This document shows, in pieces, positions 39,193-48,252 of a DNA stretch of 64,000 nt. This DNA is from an uncultured Pseudomonadota bacterium. Its GTDB lineage: Bacteria; Pseudomonadota; Alphaproteobacteria; Rs-D84. Made by a program: the position numbers and the translations under genes. A model generated the notes under the pieces. It searched no databases. It was not told the DNA's origin and worked only from the letters and a program-made list of their open reading frames with translations. The DNA lies in contig OOHL01000004.1 of NCBI GenBank assembly GCA_900321105.1, positions 10,995 to 74,994 on the forward strand, written 5' to 3'. Positions within the stretch are counted from its first letter, which is position 1. Each line of letters starts with the position of its first letter.

Positions 39193-41241
39193 TTAAAATA
39201 TTCCACCAACGACCGCTTGTTCGGTTTGTATTTCAACATTGTGCGGTTTATTTGGTGATTGTCCAACCTTGAACACTTCGTTAATAATTATACCATTTGG
39301 ATCCTGGGATGCCGCAACACCATTACTGCGATTAACACGCACAATATTTAATCCATCAGGCACAGAAAAAGGTTGATTACTTTCGTCTTTCAATGCCACA
39401 TTCATAAAATCAGCAAACACACGCGCCGCCATATGCGAACCTGCGCCCTTGCCCAATGGTTTTGGTGTATCGTATCCAAGATAAACACCTGCAATCAAGT
39501 TCTTGGAAAAACCGATAAACCAAACATCTTTGACCATATTTGTTGTTCCAGTTTTTCCAGCAATTGTATGCCCTGCAACGCGCGCCTGTTTTCCGGTTCC
39601 ACGTTCAACAGCCCCCTGTAATATAGAAACGATTTGATACAAACTTTGTGGGTCCGACAAGGGTTCTGATTTTGCATCATCCACAGGCGGCAAAAGTGAT
39701 TCGTCCCATTCAATTTGTTGATGTTTCGCACCACCAATTAAATTTCCATATCTGTCTTCAACATAATCAACCATTTTTGGTTCAATTGCGCGTCCACCAT
39801 TTATAAACGCAGAATATCCCAGCACCAATTTTTGTAATGTTGTTTCACCACTGCCCAAAGCCATCGATTCATTGATTTGCGGCAAATCTTTTGGATATAC
39901 CCCAAATCTTTGCGCGGCATCAATTGCATTTTTAACACCAATTTGTTCAACAAGGCGAACCGTTGGAACATTACGTGATGTTTCCAAAGAAAAACGAAGC
40001 GGGATATTACCCAAGAATTTTCTGTCATAATTTTCAGGCTTCCATTCCTTGTTATTTTCACGCCATCCAACAATTGGCGCATCTAATATCAAACTTTCTG
40101 GGCTGTATCCTTTTTCCAGCGCAGCCAGATAGACAAAAGGTTTAATCGTTGAACCAATCTGACGATATGCCTGGGTTGCACGATTAAATGAAGAATCTTT
40201 GAACGAACGGCCACCTGTCATCGCTAAAATTCGACCAGTATGTGGATTCATCGCGATAATGGCACCTTGTAATTTTGGCTCAGATTCAGATTTATTTTGA
40301 TTAAAAGCATCCAATTCTTTGTTTAATGCTGCAGCCGCAGCCCTTTGAAATTCTGGGTTAATAGTTGTTTTGATGTAAAGTCCGTCATTATACAGTTTTT
40401 CACGACCGATATTTTCCAGCAATTTACGGCGAACATCTTCTGCAAAATATTGAAAATCCATTTCCATTTGGGCGGTAAATCCAGAATTTATATTCAAAGG
40501 CTGTGCCATCGCTTCATCCGCCATTTCTTGCGTAATATATCCATCATCAACCATACGTTTTAAAACATAATTGCGGCGTTCAACGGCGCGATTTCTATCG
40601 TTTGGTGCCTTTGGCAACGATGCCAAAAATGCACATTCGGATAAACTTAAATCTTTTACAGGCTTATTAAAATACATCAATGCCGCAGACCCAACACCGT
40701 ATGCACGCGCACCCAAAAATATTTCATTTAAATAAAGTGTCATTATGTGCTTTTTAGAAAAGCTGCGTTCCAGGCGCAATGCCAAAATAGCCTCTTTGAT
40801 TTTTCTGGAAATCGTTCGGTCTGATGTTAAAAAGAAATTCTTTGCGACCTGTTGTGTGATTGTTGACGCGCCCGTAAATTTAGTATTAAAACCAAGAAGT
40901 CGCATACCATTATTAAGGCTGGCACGAATAATACCCTGAACATCAATACCAGGATGGGTCCAGAAATTTTGATCTTCGGCGGCAATAAAAGCATTAACCA
41001 GTTGTGGTGGCATATCTTCAAAATCTATGAATACGCGTCTTTCTTCGGCATATTCAATAAGCAATGAACCGTCCCCAGCATACAAACGTGTTGCAACCGG
41101 TGGTGTATAGGTCGCTAAATTCTTATAATCTGGTAAATTATGCCCATGAATCAAAACCAAAACAGCCAATACAGCAATCGCGGCAACAAAGCACCAGAAA
41201 ATAAAATTAATAAAAATACGAAAATATTTTTTGAATTTCAT
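39193..41241 (-). CDS. mrcA: Class A penicillin-binding protein (PBP1A-type glycosyltransferase/transpeptidase)
   Basis: GT51 motifs EDQNFWTHPGID and RKIKEA. Transpeptidase motifs STIKP, SRN and KTGTT. Confidence 0.9.
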   Translation of the reverse strand: MKFKKYFRIFINFIFWCFVAAIAVLAVLVLIHGHNLPDYKNLATYTPPVATRLYAGDGSLLIEYAEERRVFIDFEDMPPQLVNAFIAAEDQNFWTHPGIDVQGIIRASLNNGMRLLGFNTKFTGASTITQQVAKNFFLTSDRTISRKIKEAILALRLERSFSKKHIMTLYLNEIFLGARAYGVGSAALMYFNKPVKDLSLSECAFLASLPKAPNDRNRAVERRNYVLKRMVDDGYITQEMADEAMAQPLNINSGFTAQMEMDFQYFAEDVRRKLLENIGREKLYNDGLYIKTTINPEFQRAAAAALNKELDAFNQNKSESEPKLQGAIIAMNPHTGRILAMTGGRSFKDSSFNRATQAYRQIGSTIKPFVYLAALEKGYSPESLILDAPIVGWRENNKEWKPENYDRKFLGNIPLRFSLETSRNVPTVRLVEQIGVKNAIDAAQRFGVYPKDLPQINESMALGSGETTLQKLVLGYSAFINGGRAIEPKMVDYVEDRYGNLIGGAKHQQIEWDESLLPPVDDAKSEPLSDPQSLYQIVSILQGAVERGTGKQARVAGHTIAGKTGTTNMVKDVWFIGFSKNLIAGVYLGYDTPKPLGKGAGSHMAARVFADFMNVALKDESNQPFSVPDGLNIVRVNRSNGVAASQDPNGIIINEVFKVGQSPNKPHNVEIQTEQAVVGGIF

Positions 41242-41285
41242 AAGATTTATTTTATCTTAATATTTAATTATTGCAAGTTTGAGTA

Positions 41286-41310
41286 TTAAAAAAACCGGCA
41301 ACGCCGGTTT
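41286..41310 (-). terminator. Rho-independent terminator after the SuhB-like gene
   Basis: The minus strand reads AACCGGC-GTT-GCCGGTT-TTTTT. Confidence 0.65.
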
Positions 41311-41313
41311 GAT

Positions 41314-42024
41314 TTATAATTCTACTTTGCCATTTGTGGCGATTATGTCGCCTGTATCCATTAAAAACTTTCCACCAGCCTCGCGCACCAATAATTCGCC
41401 GGCTGCAATTTCTGCATAATCAATTGGGTCCGATATAAATGCATCCAATTTACCAGCTGCGACCCACGCCAAATCCAATGCAGGACAGCCTGTTTCCAAT
41501 GCGTTTCCAGAAATAATCGGACGAATTCCATTTGTATTATAACCAATTGTTAAATCAACAGGCTCTTTTAAATTCGATACGCGGATTTTTTCGGAATGAT
41601 ATGCGCTGAACACGTATGCGCCATTATCCGCTTCGGCATAATATAATCTTTCATCAATTGGTGAATAAACCAAAGCGATTTTTGTTTCACCTTTTGTTCG
41701 TAATGCCAAAGATATTGCAAAATGCGCATTACCACGAACAAAATTTGCCGCACCAGATAATGCCAGCACAAATTCATCGCGACCATCACCAGATTTTGAA
41801 ACATCAGGTGTCAAAAGACCCGCACTTGGACGAACCAATTGCAAATCGTTCAAAATACTTTCTTCGATTCGTGCTGATGCCTTGGCTACAAAATCGCGCG
41901 CACTTTTCAAAGATTGCTGTAAATTTTCAACTTCGCCAAAATCGTGACGCAAGCCCATTGCAGTATTTTGCAAGGCCGCGAACATTTTGTTTAATTCCGT
42001 TGAACCTTTTATCAGCAAATCCAT
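41314..42024 (-). CDS. Inositol monophosphatase/SuhB-family protein with degenerate active site
   Basis: Clear family similarity (HFAISLAL, TGCPALDLAWVAAGKLDAF, AAGELLVREAGG). However, the DPxDGT metal motif reads LALSGA. Confidence 0.7.
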   Translation of the reverse strand: MDLLIKGSTELNKMFAALQNTAMGLRHDFGEVENLQQSLKSARDFVAKASARIEESILNDLQLVRPSAGLLTPDVSKSGDGRDEFVLALSGAANFVRGNAHFAISLALRTKGETKIALVYSPIDERLYYAEADNGAYVFSAYHSEKIRVSNLKEPVDLTIGYNTNGIRPIISGNALETGCPALDLAWVAAGKLDAFISDPIDYAEIAAGELLVREAGGKFLMDTGDIIATNGKVEL

Positions 42025-42045
42025 GCCAAAGTCCCTTGGTTTTTA

Positions 42046-42258
42046 TTAAAATTTAAATCCAGCAAATTTGCTTTTGAATTCTTCTGCGCGTTTACCTTTG
42101 GCGCCTTCGTTATTACGTTGACCGGTCCATGCAGGATGATTCAAATTGTCAGTAGACAAAACCAAGTCTTTTTTAACAGAAGAATACATTTTTACTGTCT
42201 TTCCGTCAGTTGTAGTGACGTTAATTTCATGATATTCTGGATGAATTCCTTTTTTCAT
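42046..42258 (-). CDS. rpmE: 50S ribosomal protein L31
   Basis: MKKGIHPEYHEINVTTTDGKTV... I saw no CxxC pair, so it is the non-zinc form. Confidence 0.9.
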   Translation of the reverse strand: MKKGIHPEYHEINVTTTDGKTVKMYSSVKKDLVLSTDNLNHPAWTGQRNNEGAKGKRAEEFKSKFAGFKF

Positions 42259-42347
42259 CGTGTTGTCCTTTGTTTAAAATTACCTAAATAGCCCGAAGAT
42301 TATACCTGCTTTTTTATTAAAATCAAGATAAAGTTAGTAAATATGGC

Positions 42348-42860
42348 TTAATATTGCCCGATACATCCCAAATAAGAATTACCAGTGCTTTCAATAACAT
42401 TTATAAACTGGTTTTGATTTTTCCCAGAAAACAAAGCCAAAATTGTTCCTGCATCTGTTGCCAACATATCAGAAACTGTCGCAATTGAAGAATTCATTTT
42501 CTTGAAAAAACCGCTGGAAGGTCTTATTTCCGCGGCTAATAATTGATTTTTACCCTGTAAATTTGCGCTTTCTTCTGGCACAATCACCATCAATTGACAT
42601 TCTGGTGAAACAATTATTTTTTCAACGATAATGCCATCACCACCCAGCAATTCACCCCACCATCCTGTTGATTCACAAAACACAGGATAATATATAACCG
42701 CATCCTTTTTTTCATTAAATATGGCGCCAATATTCAGGTCATCAACAATAACCTCTGGCATAAGACCGGTCATGTTATTTATAACCTTGCGCGACAACTG
42801 GTAATCGTTATTACCTTTTGTTGCATGTGGCCAATAAAGAATCGGAATTTTACTCATCAC
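42348..42860 (-). CDS. Hypothetical cytoplasmic protein (170 aa)
   Basis: Lies 65 nt downstream of membrane paralog P1 on the same strand. No TM and no recognised family. Confidence 0.5.
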   Translation of the reverse strand: MMSKIPILYWPHATKGNNDYQLSRKVINNMTGLMPEVIVDDLNIGAIFNEKKDAVIYYPVFCESTGWWGELLGGDGIIVEKIIVSPECQLMVIVPEESANLQGKNQLLAAEIRPSSGFFKKMNSSIATVSDMLATDAGTILALFSGKNQNQFINVIESTGNSYLGCIGQY

Positions 42861-42925
42861 AAACGATTATACCAGATTCGGAACAAATAAAAAAGAGCAC
42901 TTTGTTAAATAAACCACTTGATTTT

Positions 42926-44218
42926 TTATTTTTTTATTGCTGATGCCCATTTTTTAAGGTTTTCCCACATCAAATTTAAATCATTTTTAGCTGTTTGATA
43001 ATATTTGTCTGATATTTGTATCTCGAAAAGCATTTTTGTTAATTGCGGAATCATAGTCATAAACATCGCAATAAATATACCCATCAAAACGACTGTGACA
43101 ATACTGTCATTTGCTAAAACCAAGCCATCCATCAATATTTTCGAATCGTTATTGGCAATTGCATTTTGCAAAACATTTGCGCCATCCCACGAACCAAAGG
43201 CTGCATTTAAAAACATTATTGAAAAAGTCAAAAAAACAACAGTCAATGCAATTCCAACAACAGCCTGTATCACATCTTCTATCATTTTGCGAATCGTTCG
43301 TTCACCCTTTGGGAATAATGCGAAATTTTCATCATCAAACATCCAAGCCATTAACATCAATGGCAACATAATTAAATCCATTGATAATTTCACAAATATT
43401 TCCAAGAAATAAAGAGGTATTGGCAAAAGCGCATAAAAATATAATGCCAATATCAAAAGTCCAGCAAAGAAAATTGGAACATTCGGAAATATTGGGATTT
43501 CCGCCAATATCTTATGCATATAATCACTGTTAAAAGCCATATTCATTATGGTCCATCCAACTGTCATTCCCAATCCGGTTATTTGATGAACATTTGCAAT
43601 TTCACATGTCAATTGATGTCGTAATTTTGGTGAAAAAGCCCCATATGCAGATGCATCGGCAGAAACAGATACCGGGTCCGCAATTGCAGTAGCAACCATA
43701 CATTCTGAAAAATTATTATTATCTGATACCACATAATCAAACGATGTTCCAACAACCAATGCTGGTTCTATAAAAATATTTGTTATCAATCGTGGCAATG
43801 GCAAGGCTAGCAATATAACCAAAACTGCCAATCTGAATATATACGTTCCAAAATTTCCCATGATTTTAGATGCGCTGTCCATCTTGTTATTCAAAAAACC
43901 AGACATTAAATTCCACGCAACAAAAATCGCCAGCAATGTCCCTGCCATTGGTATTATTACACGCGATAACGCCGAATAAACCTTTGGTAATAAATCAGAC
44001 ATCGAAATCATAACATCTGAAAAAATCTGGCAAGTCCAACACGATGTAAAGAAATCCAATGCATCTTTTATGTCTACTGGCGATGCACTGCGCCATATAG
44101 AAACACCAATTATACCAACACCTATCGCGGCACCACCTAAAACAAATGGCGTGACCCCCCATGCCGACATCGGCAGCAAAGCAAAAAGCCCCATAAAGAA
44201 TTTTTTTAATGCTTTCAT
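42926..44218 (-). CDS. Polytopic membrane protein, paralog P1 (VirB6/TrbL-like, tentative), CxxC subtype
   Basis: 430 aa from ATG 44218; the track ORF uses an upstream GTG at 44296. It has an N-terminal signal/TM and CWTC at 44030-44041. It also has a loop Cys pair, the Pro-helix LIMLPLMLMAWMFDDENF and a Lys-rich tail. Confidence 0.75.
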   Translation of the reverse strand: MKALKKFFMGLFALLPMSAWGVTPFVLGGAAIGVGIIGVSIWRSASPVDIKDALDFFTSCWTCQIFSDVMISMSDLLPKVYSALSRVIIPMAGTLLAIFVAWNLMSGFLNNKMDSASKIMGNFGTYIFRLAVLVILLALPLPRLITNIFIEPALVVGTSFDYVVSDNNNFSECMVATAIADPVSVSADASAYGAFSPKLRHQLTCEIANVHQITGLGMTVGWTIMNMAFNSDYMHKILAEIPIFPNVPIFFAGLLILALYFYALLPIPLYFLEIFVKLSMDLIMLPLMLMAWMFDDENFALFPKGERTIRKMIEDVIQAVVGIALTVVFLTFSIMFLNAAFGSWDGANVLQNAIANNDSKILMDGLVLANDSIVTVVLMGIFIAMFMTMIPQLTKMLFEIQISDKYYQTAKNDLNLMWENLKKWASAIKK

Positions 44219-44225
44219 AATTTTA

Positions 44226-44234
44226 ATTATACCA
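44226..44234 (-). promoter_or_regulatory. Candidate extended -10 (TGgTATAAT) for P1
   Basis: The minus strand reads TGGTATAAT, ending 7 nt before ATG 44218, with no Shine-Dalgarno between them. Confidence 0.3.
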
Positions 44235-44250
44235 CAAATTAAGTTAAATG

Positions 44251-44259
44251 TGATATAAT
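44251..44259 (+). promoter_or_regulatory. Candidate extended -10 (TGaTATAAT) for the P2-P5 operon
   Basis: TGATATAAT lies 28 nt upstream of ATG 44287. AAAGAGAG acts as the RBS. Confidence 0.4.
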
Positions 44260-44286
44260 TCAATATATAAAAAACAAAAAGAGAGA

Positions 44287-45588
44287 ATGCATACACAAAA
44301 ATCTGTGATATCGCGACTGTTTACGCGTGCCCAAATTTTGTTTGGGGTGTTTGTTTTTTGTGCTTTTTTTACTGGTTCTGCCTATGCTGATATACTTGAT
44401 GCTTACAATCTGGCACCATTTGTTCCTTTGGTATTGGAAACAATGATGAACATCGCTACATCGCTTTATAATTTCTTTGTCGGCAAAGGCGACGGGATAA
44501 TATACATATTGATTTATGCATTTCTTGCATTTTACATCGGGTTATATCTGGTAAAAATGCATTTCCCGAAAAATTGGCTTTCATTCTTGGGCTTTTCGGA
44601 CGGTGGCGAAATGTGGGATGGCAAAGCAGACGTATGGAAGATTACAGATAATATTTTAAAACCTTGTTTGCGTGCAATTATTGCTGCTTTGTTCTTATTA
44701 CAAATAAAACCAGTATACGTGACAGAATGGTTGGTCAATCCGTTTTTAGAATTCGGATCAATTTATACTCAACAGATTTTAACAAACATAAATAATACCA
44801 GCATTGAAACAGCCGATGCCCCGGCGTGTCCTGCATCAATCGAAGAAGCTGGTTGGATTTCAAAACGCAGTTGCGATTTCTTGGTTAGACCGGTTTATAT
44901 AATTTCAAAAGAAAATAACAAGGTTATCAAATATGGATTTGATTTCCTTAAAACGGGTATTCGCGGCATGATGAATTTAATACCACACGGTGGCGAAGAT
45001 TTAATGAATATTATTACTGGAATATTACTATTGTTTGCATTCATATCTGCGAATGTGTTTATGGCACTGCTTATAATTCAAGGTATATTTGATTTCTGTT
45101 TATCGCTTATCATGTATCCATTTAACGTGCTGGCATGGGTCGCAAAAAAATCAGATAAATGGTTTGATATATTGCCTCCGTTCTCACAAATAATCGATGC
45201 ATTAAAAAATCTGATTATAACTATGATTGCATGTGCATTCATATTGTGTGTAAATATTGCGGTTGTTTGTGCATTATTTAATTGGTCGTCATCTGTATTT
45301 GTTGTTGCAGCCGGTGGGGTTTCAACATCCAACGTACCGTCTATTGCTAACACTGCTTCAAATTTTGGACAACATTCGATATTGTGGATATCTTCTTTGC
45401 TAACATTTTTCCTGATGCAAAATATATTCAAAATGACCCGCGAAAGACTAGATACATATACAAAAGGCACACCACGTAAAATATACAACAATGTGACAGG
45501 GGATGCAAAAACACTTTGGGGCAAAGTTAAATCAACACCAGATACAATAAAAACTATTTTGGATACGGCAAAAAAACTAAAGAAATAA
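44287..45588 (+). CDS. Polytopic membrane protein, paralog P2 (VirB6/TrbL-like, tentative)
   Basis: 433 aa with a signal peptide ending SAYA-D. It has a loop Cys pair (CPASIEEAGWISKRSC) and the Pro-helix LIMYPFNVLAWVAKKSDKWF. The tail reads GDAKTLWGKVK...KKLKK. Confidence 0.75.
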   Translation: MHTQKSVISRLFTRAQILFGVFVFCAFFTGSAYADILDAYNLAPFVPLVLETMMNIATSLYNFFVGKGDGIIYILIYAFLAFYIGLYLVKMHFPKNWLSFLGFSDGGEMWDGKADVWKITDNILKPCLRAIIAALFLLQIKPVYVTEWLVNPFLEFGSIYTQQILTNINNTSIETADAPACPASIEEAGWISKRSCDFLVRPVYIISKENNKVIKYGFDFLKTGIRGMMNLIPHGGEDLMNIITGILLLFAFISANVFMALLIIQGIFDFCLSLIMYPFNVLAWVAKKSDKWFDILPPFSQIIDALKNLIITMIACAFILCVNIAVVCALFNWSSSVFVVAAGGVSTSNVPSIANTASNFGQHSILWISSLLTFFLMQNIFKMTRERLDTYTKGTPRKIYNNVTGDAKTLWGKVKSTPDTIKTILDTAKKLKK

Positions 45589-45591
45589 ACA

Positions 45592-46794
45592 ATGCAAGAA
45601 TTGGCAAACTCTTTAATAGATTCAGGCACACAATGTTGGACATGTCCAGTGTTTGATAATCTGTTCGCCATTGTTTCAAACACCGCCGCAGCGGCATATC
45701 AAAGATTATGTTTTTTCAGTATTGTTATATTCTGTGTTTTATTCGCATTTTATGTTTTAAATGCCGTATGGCAAAATATTAAAAATGGCGCCAAAGATTC
45801 TTTGTTCGAAAAAACATTAAGGCCTGTACTGATTAAATCTTTGGTTGCTATCTCTATTTTAGGAATGGGGCTGATTATTCCGCGATTTATTTCAACGATT
45901 ACTTTTGAACCTGTTGCAATTATGACATTACAATATTCGCGTGCACTGCTGCCACCAGATTATGTAATCCCGGCATATCAAAATGCGATAAATCTTGGAG
46001 ATGGAGGATTTTTTAATCCGGCATTGCGCGATACAATTATACAAATTCTTGAAACCTCTGTTGCAAATTTCCAAGTATATATAAAAATTGGAATTGCCAT
46101 TATTGACAAGGCCTTTTCTATAGAAGCCCTTTTTGGTATTGGTTCTTTGATAAAACATATCATCATATGTTATATTGGAATCTTTTTAACATACAATTTT
46201 GTAAAATTATTTATAAAATATTCATTCTGTTTTATGGATATAATTGTCGCAATGGCAATGTTTGCGTTTTTCTTTCCATTGTCTGTAATATTATTTATAT
46301 TCCGTGGTGCAACCGATGCGCCAGGCTGGATGAAAGATTTGGGTAAAAATCTTGGTGGCGGACAAATCAAAAAACTGATAAATGCGATAGTCTCGGTTGC
46401 ATCAACAATTTTAACTTATACTATAATTATGCTGATTATCAAAGGATTCTTGGACGCCAATGGTGTTGACACAAATTCCGTACAAAATACATCCGAATCT
46501 ATATTTGATTTTAATTTGGAAAATTCCAGTGCAATGCAAATCACATTTGCTGGCGCTATCGTTCTGGTTTATGTAATAAATTATATTGCAGATCAAATTC
46601 CAAAAATCACTGAAAAAATATTGACCGTATTTAATGTGAAACAAGAAGATGCTATATCCAAAGAAATGGGCGAAAATACATTTCAATTAACAAAAAACAT
46701 AGCCAACACAGCCAAAGATTTAGCAAAAACAGTTATTAATCCGGATAAAAAAACTGATGAAAAATCAAAAGAAGAAAGCAAAGATAAAAAATGA
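45592..46794 (+). CDS. Polytopic membrane protein, paralog P3 (VirB6/TrbL-like, tentative), CxxC subtype
   Basis: 400 aa. CWTC at 45634-45645 lies near the N-terminus, with no signal peptide. It has the Pro-helix AFFFPLSVILFIFRG and the tail KKTDEKSKEESKDKK. Confidence 0.75.
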   Translation: MQELANSLIDSGTQCWTCPVFDNLFAIVSNTAAAAYQRLCFFSIVIFCVLFAFYVLNAVWQNIKNGAKDSLFEKTLRPVLIKSLVAISILGMGLIIPRFISTITFEPVAIMTLQYSRALLPPDYVIPAYQNAINLGDGGFFNPALRDTIIQILETSVANFQVYIKIGIAIIDKAFSIEALFGIGSLIKHIIICYIGIFLTYNFVKLFIKYSFCFMDIIVAMAMFAFFFPLSVILFIFRGATDAPGWMKDLGKNLGGGQIKKLINAIVSVASTILTYTIIMLIIKGFLDANGVDTNSVQNTSESIFDFNLENSSAMQITFAGAIVLVYVINYIADQIPKITEKILTVFNVKQEDAISKEMGENTFQLTKNIANTAKDLAKTVINPDKKTDEKSKEESKDKK

Positions 46795-48251
46795 TAAAAA
46801 AATGGCTTATTGAAAAAGGATTAAAATTTTTGATGGGCGCAATTGCGTTGGGTATCGGTATTTGGTATCTAAGTCATTCACTTGGTAGTGCATCTCTTTC
46901 TTACACCAGCGTAGATGCATTTATGAAGCAAATAGGTGCGACCGATGGGAACGCCACATCTGTTAATGGATGTTTCCTTTGTAAATACATGGGTGACTTA
47001 TTTGCGGTCTTGGGACGCGCAACAGAAATGTTTTGGAACGGCATCGTTCATAATTTATGGATATTGATGGCAATCGGTTTTGGGATATTTATCATATTCC
47101 ACACATTACAATTTTTCCGTGAACAATCATCATCAAAGGATATAAAAGATTTAACCGACAACGAAATCAAACTTGATTTCAAAAAATGGTTTGACAAGGT
47201 TTGGAAAACAGCCGCACGTATTATGGTTGCTGGCGCATTTATTGGGGTTCTAAATTGGACTGGAACAGCCTCGCTGAAAACAGTCACAAATCTTACTGTC
47301 ACACCAGTTTTGTACATCGGAACAAATCTATCAATGTTGGCAACTGGTGTAATAAGTGGTGCAAAATGTGAAATCCCAGACCAAACCGACAAAGCAGAAG
47401 ATATATTAACCCCTGTCTTGCATCCTTTTATGTGCGAAATGGGGAATTTAAATACAGTTATGTTAGCTGGTGCAGGTGGCGGATTTGCACTGATGAATTA
47501 TGCGTGGCTTGATTTAAATGATAATGTTGGCGGTGCATTTACCTGGCTGGCAGGACTGATGCTGGTAATAATGTTTTTAGTCATAGGATTTGATTTATTG
47601 TTCCAGATATTAAGCGTATTTTTTAAATTGATATTTATCATAATATTTATGCCGATTCTTATAGCAGCCGCTGCATTTGAACAAGTGTGGAAACTTGCTA
47701 AAAATTTATTAAATTCAGCCATAGACAAATTGGTAAATTCCGCGGTAGATATCATAAAAATCAGTCTTAAAATTATTATAACCTATGCCATTGTTTATTT
47801 TGCTGCCGATCAGTATTTTCCTGGACCGGCTGATGGATTTACCAACATATTGCCCCCATTGGTTTCTAAAATAAGCCCATCAAACATGGACGCAAAAACA
47901 ATGTCTGTTATGAATGCATTTTCAAATTGTGAAAAAGTTGCACTGATTGACGGCAAAATGGACAAAGAAAAATTCACACAATGTTTCAAGACTCAGAAAA
48001 ACATAGTTGAACAAAGATATCCTGGTGCATTTGATTTTATGGACGATGGATTTGAATTCTTGATGTTTATGATTGGTGTATTCTTCCTATATTTTTGGGT
48101 TATATCACCAAAGATTGAAAAACTGCTTGGCAAAGAAAGCACCGAAACATTTGATTATGGTCAATGGCTTAAAGATGCTGGAAAGAAAGCATATAATGCC
48201 CCAACAGATATTTATATGAAAGTTCGCGAAAAAATGAAAGAAGGAAAATAA
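46791..48251 (+). CDS. Polytopic membrane protein, paralog P4 (VirB6/TrbL-like, tentative), CxxC subtype
   Basis: 486 aa, overlapping P3 by ATGA. CFLC lies at 46971-46982. It has a loop Cys pair (CEIPDQ...FMC) and the Pro-helix IIFMPILIAAAAF. Confidence 0.75.
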   Translation: MIKKWLIEKGLKFLMGAIALGIGIWYLSHSLGSASLSYTSVDAFMKQIGATDGNATSVNGCFLCKYMGDLFAVLGRATEMFWNGIVHNLWILMAIGFGIFIIFHTLQFFREQSSSKDIKDLTDNEIKLDFKKWFDKVWKTAARIMVAGAFIGVLNWTGTASLKTVTNLTVTPVLYIGTNLSMLATGVISGAKCEIPDQTDKAEDILTPVLHPFMCEMGNLNTVMLAGAGGGFALMNYAWLDLNDNVGGAFTWLAGLMLVIMFLVIGFDLLFQILSVFFKLIFIIIFMPILIAAAAFEQVWKLAKNLLNSAIDKLVNSAVDIIKISLKIIITYAIVYFAADQYFPGPADGFTNILPPLVSKISPSNMDAKTMSVMNAFSNCEKVALIDGKMDKEKFTQCFKTQKNIVEQRYPGAFDFMDDGFEFLMFMIGVFFLYFWVISPKIEKLLGKESTETFDYGQWLKDAGKKAYNAPTDIYMKVREKMKEGK

Positions 48252-48252
48252 A

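Noticed and set aside
42046-42258. L31 lacking the CxxC zinc motif as a sign of zinc-limitation paralogy
   Set aside because: Only one copy is visible in the window. Non-zinc L31 as the sole copy occurs in many bacteria, and this cannot be evaluated without the whole genome.
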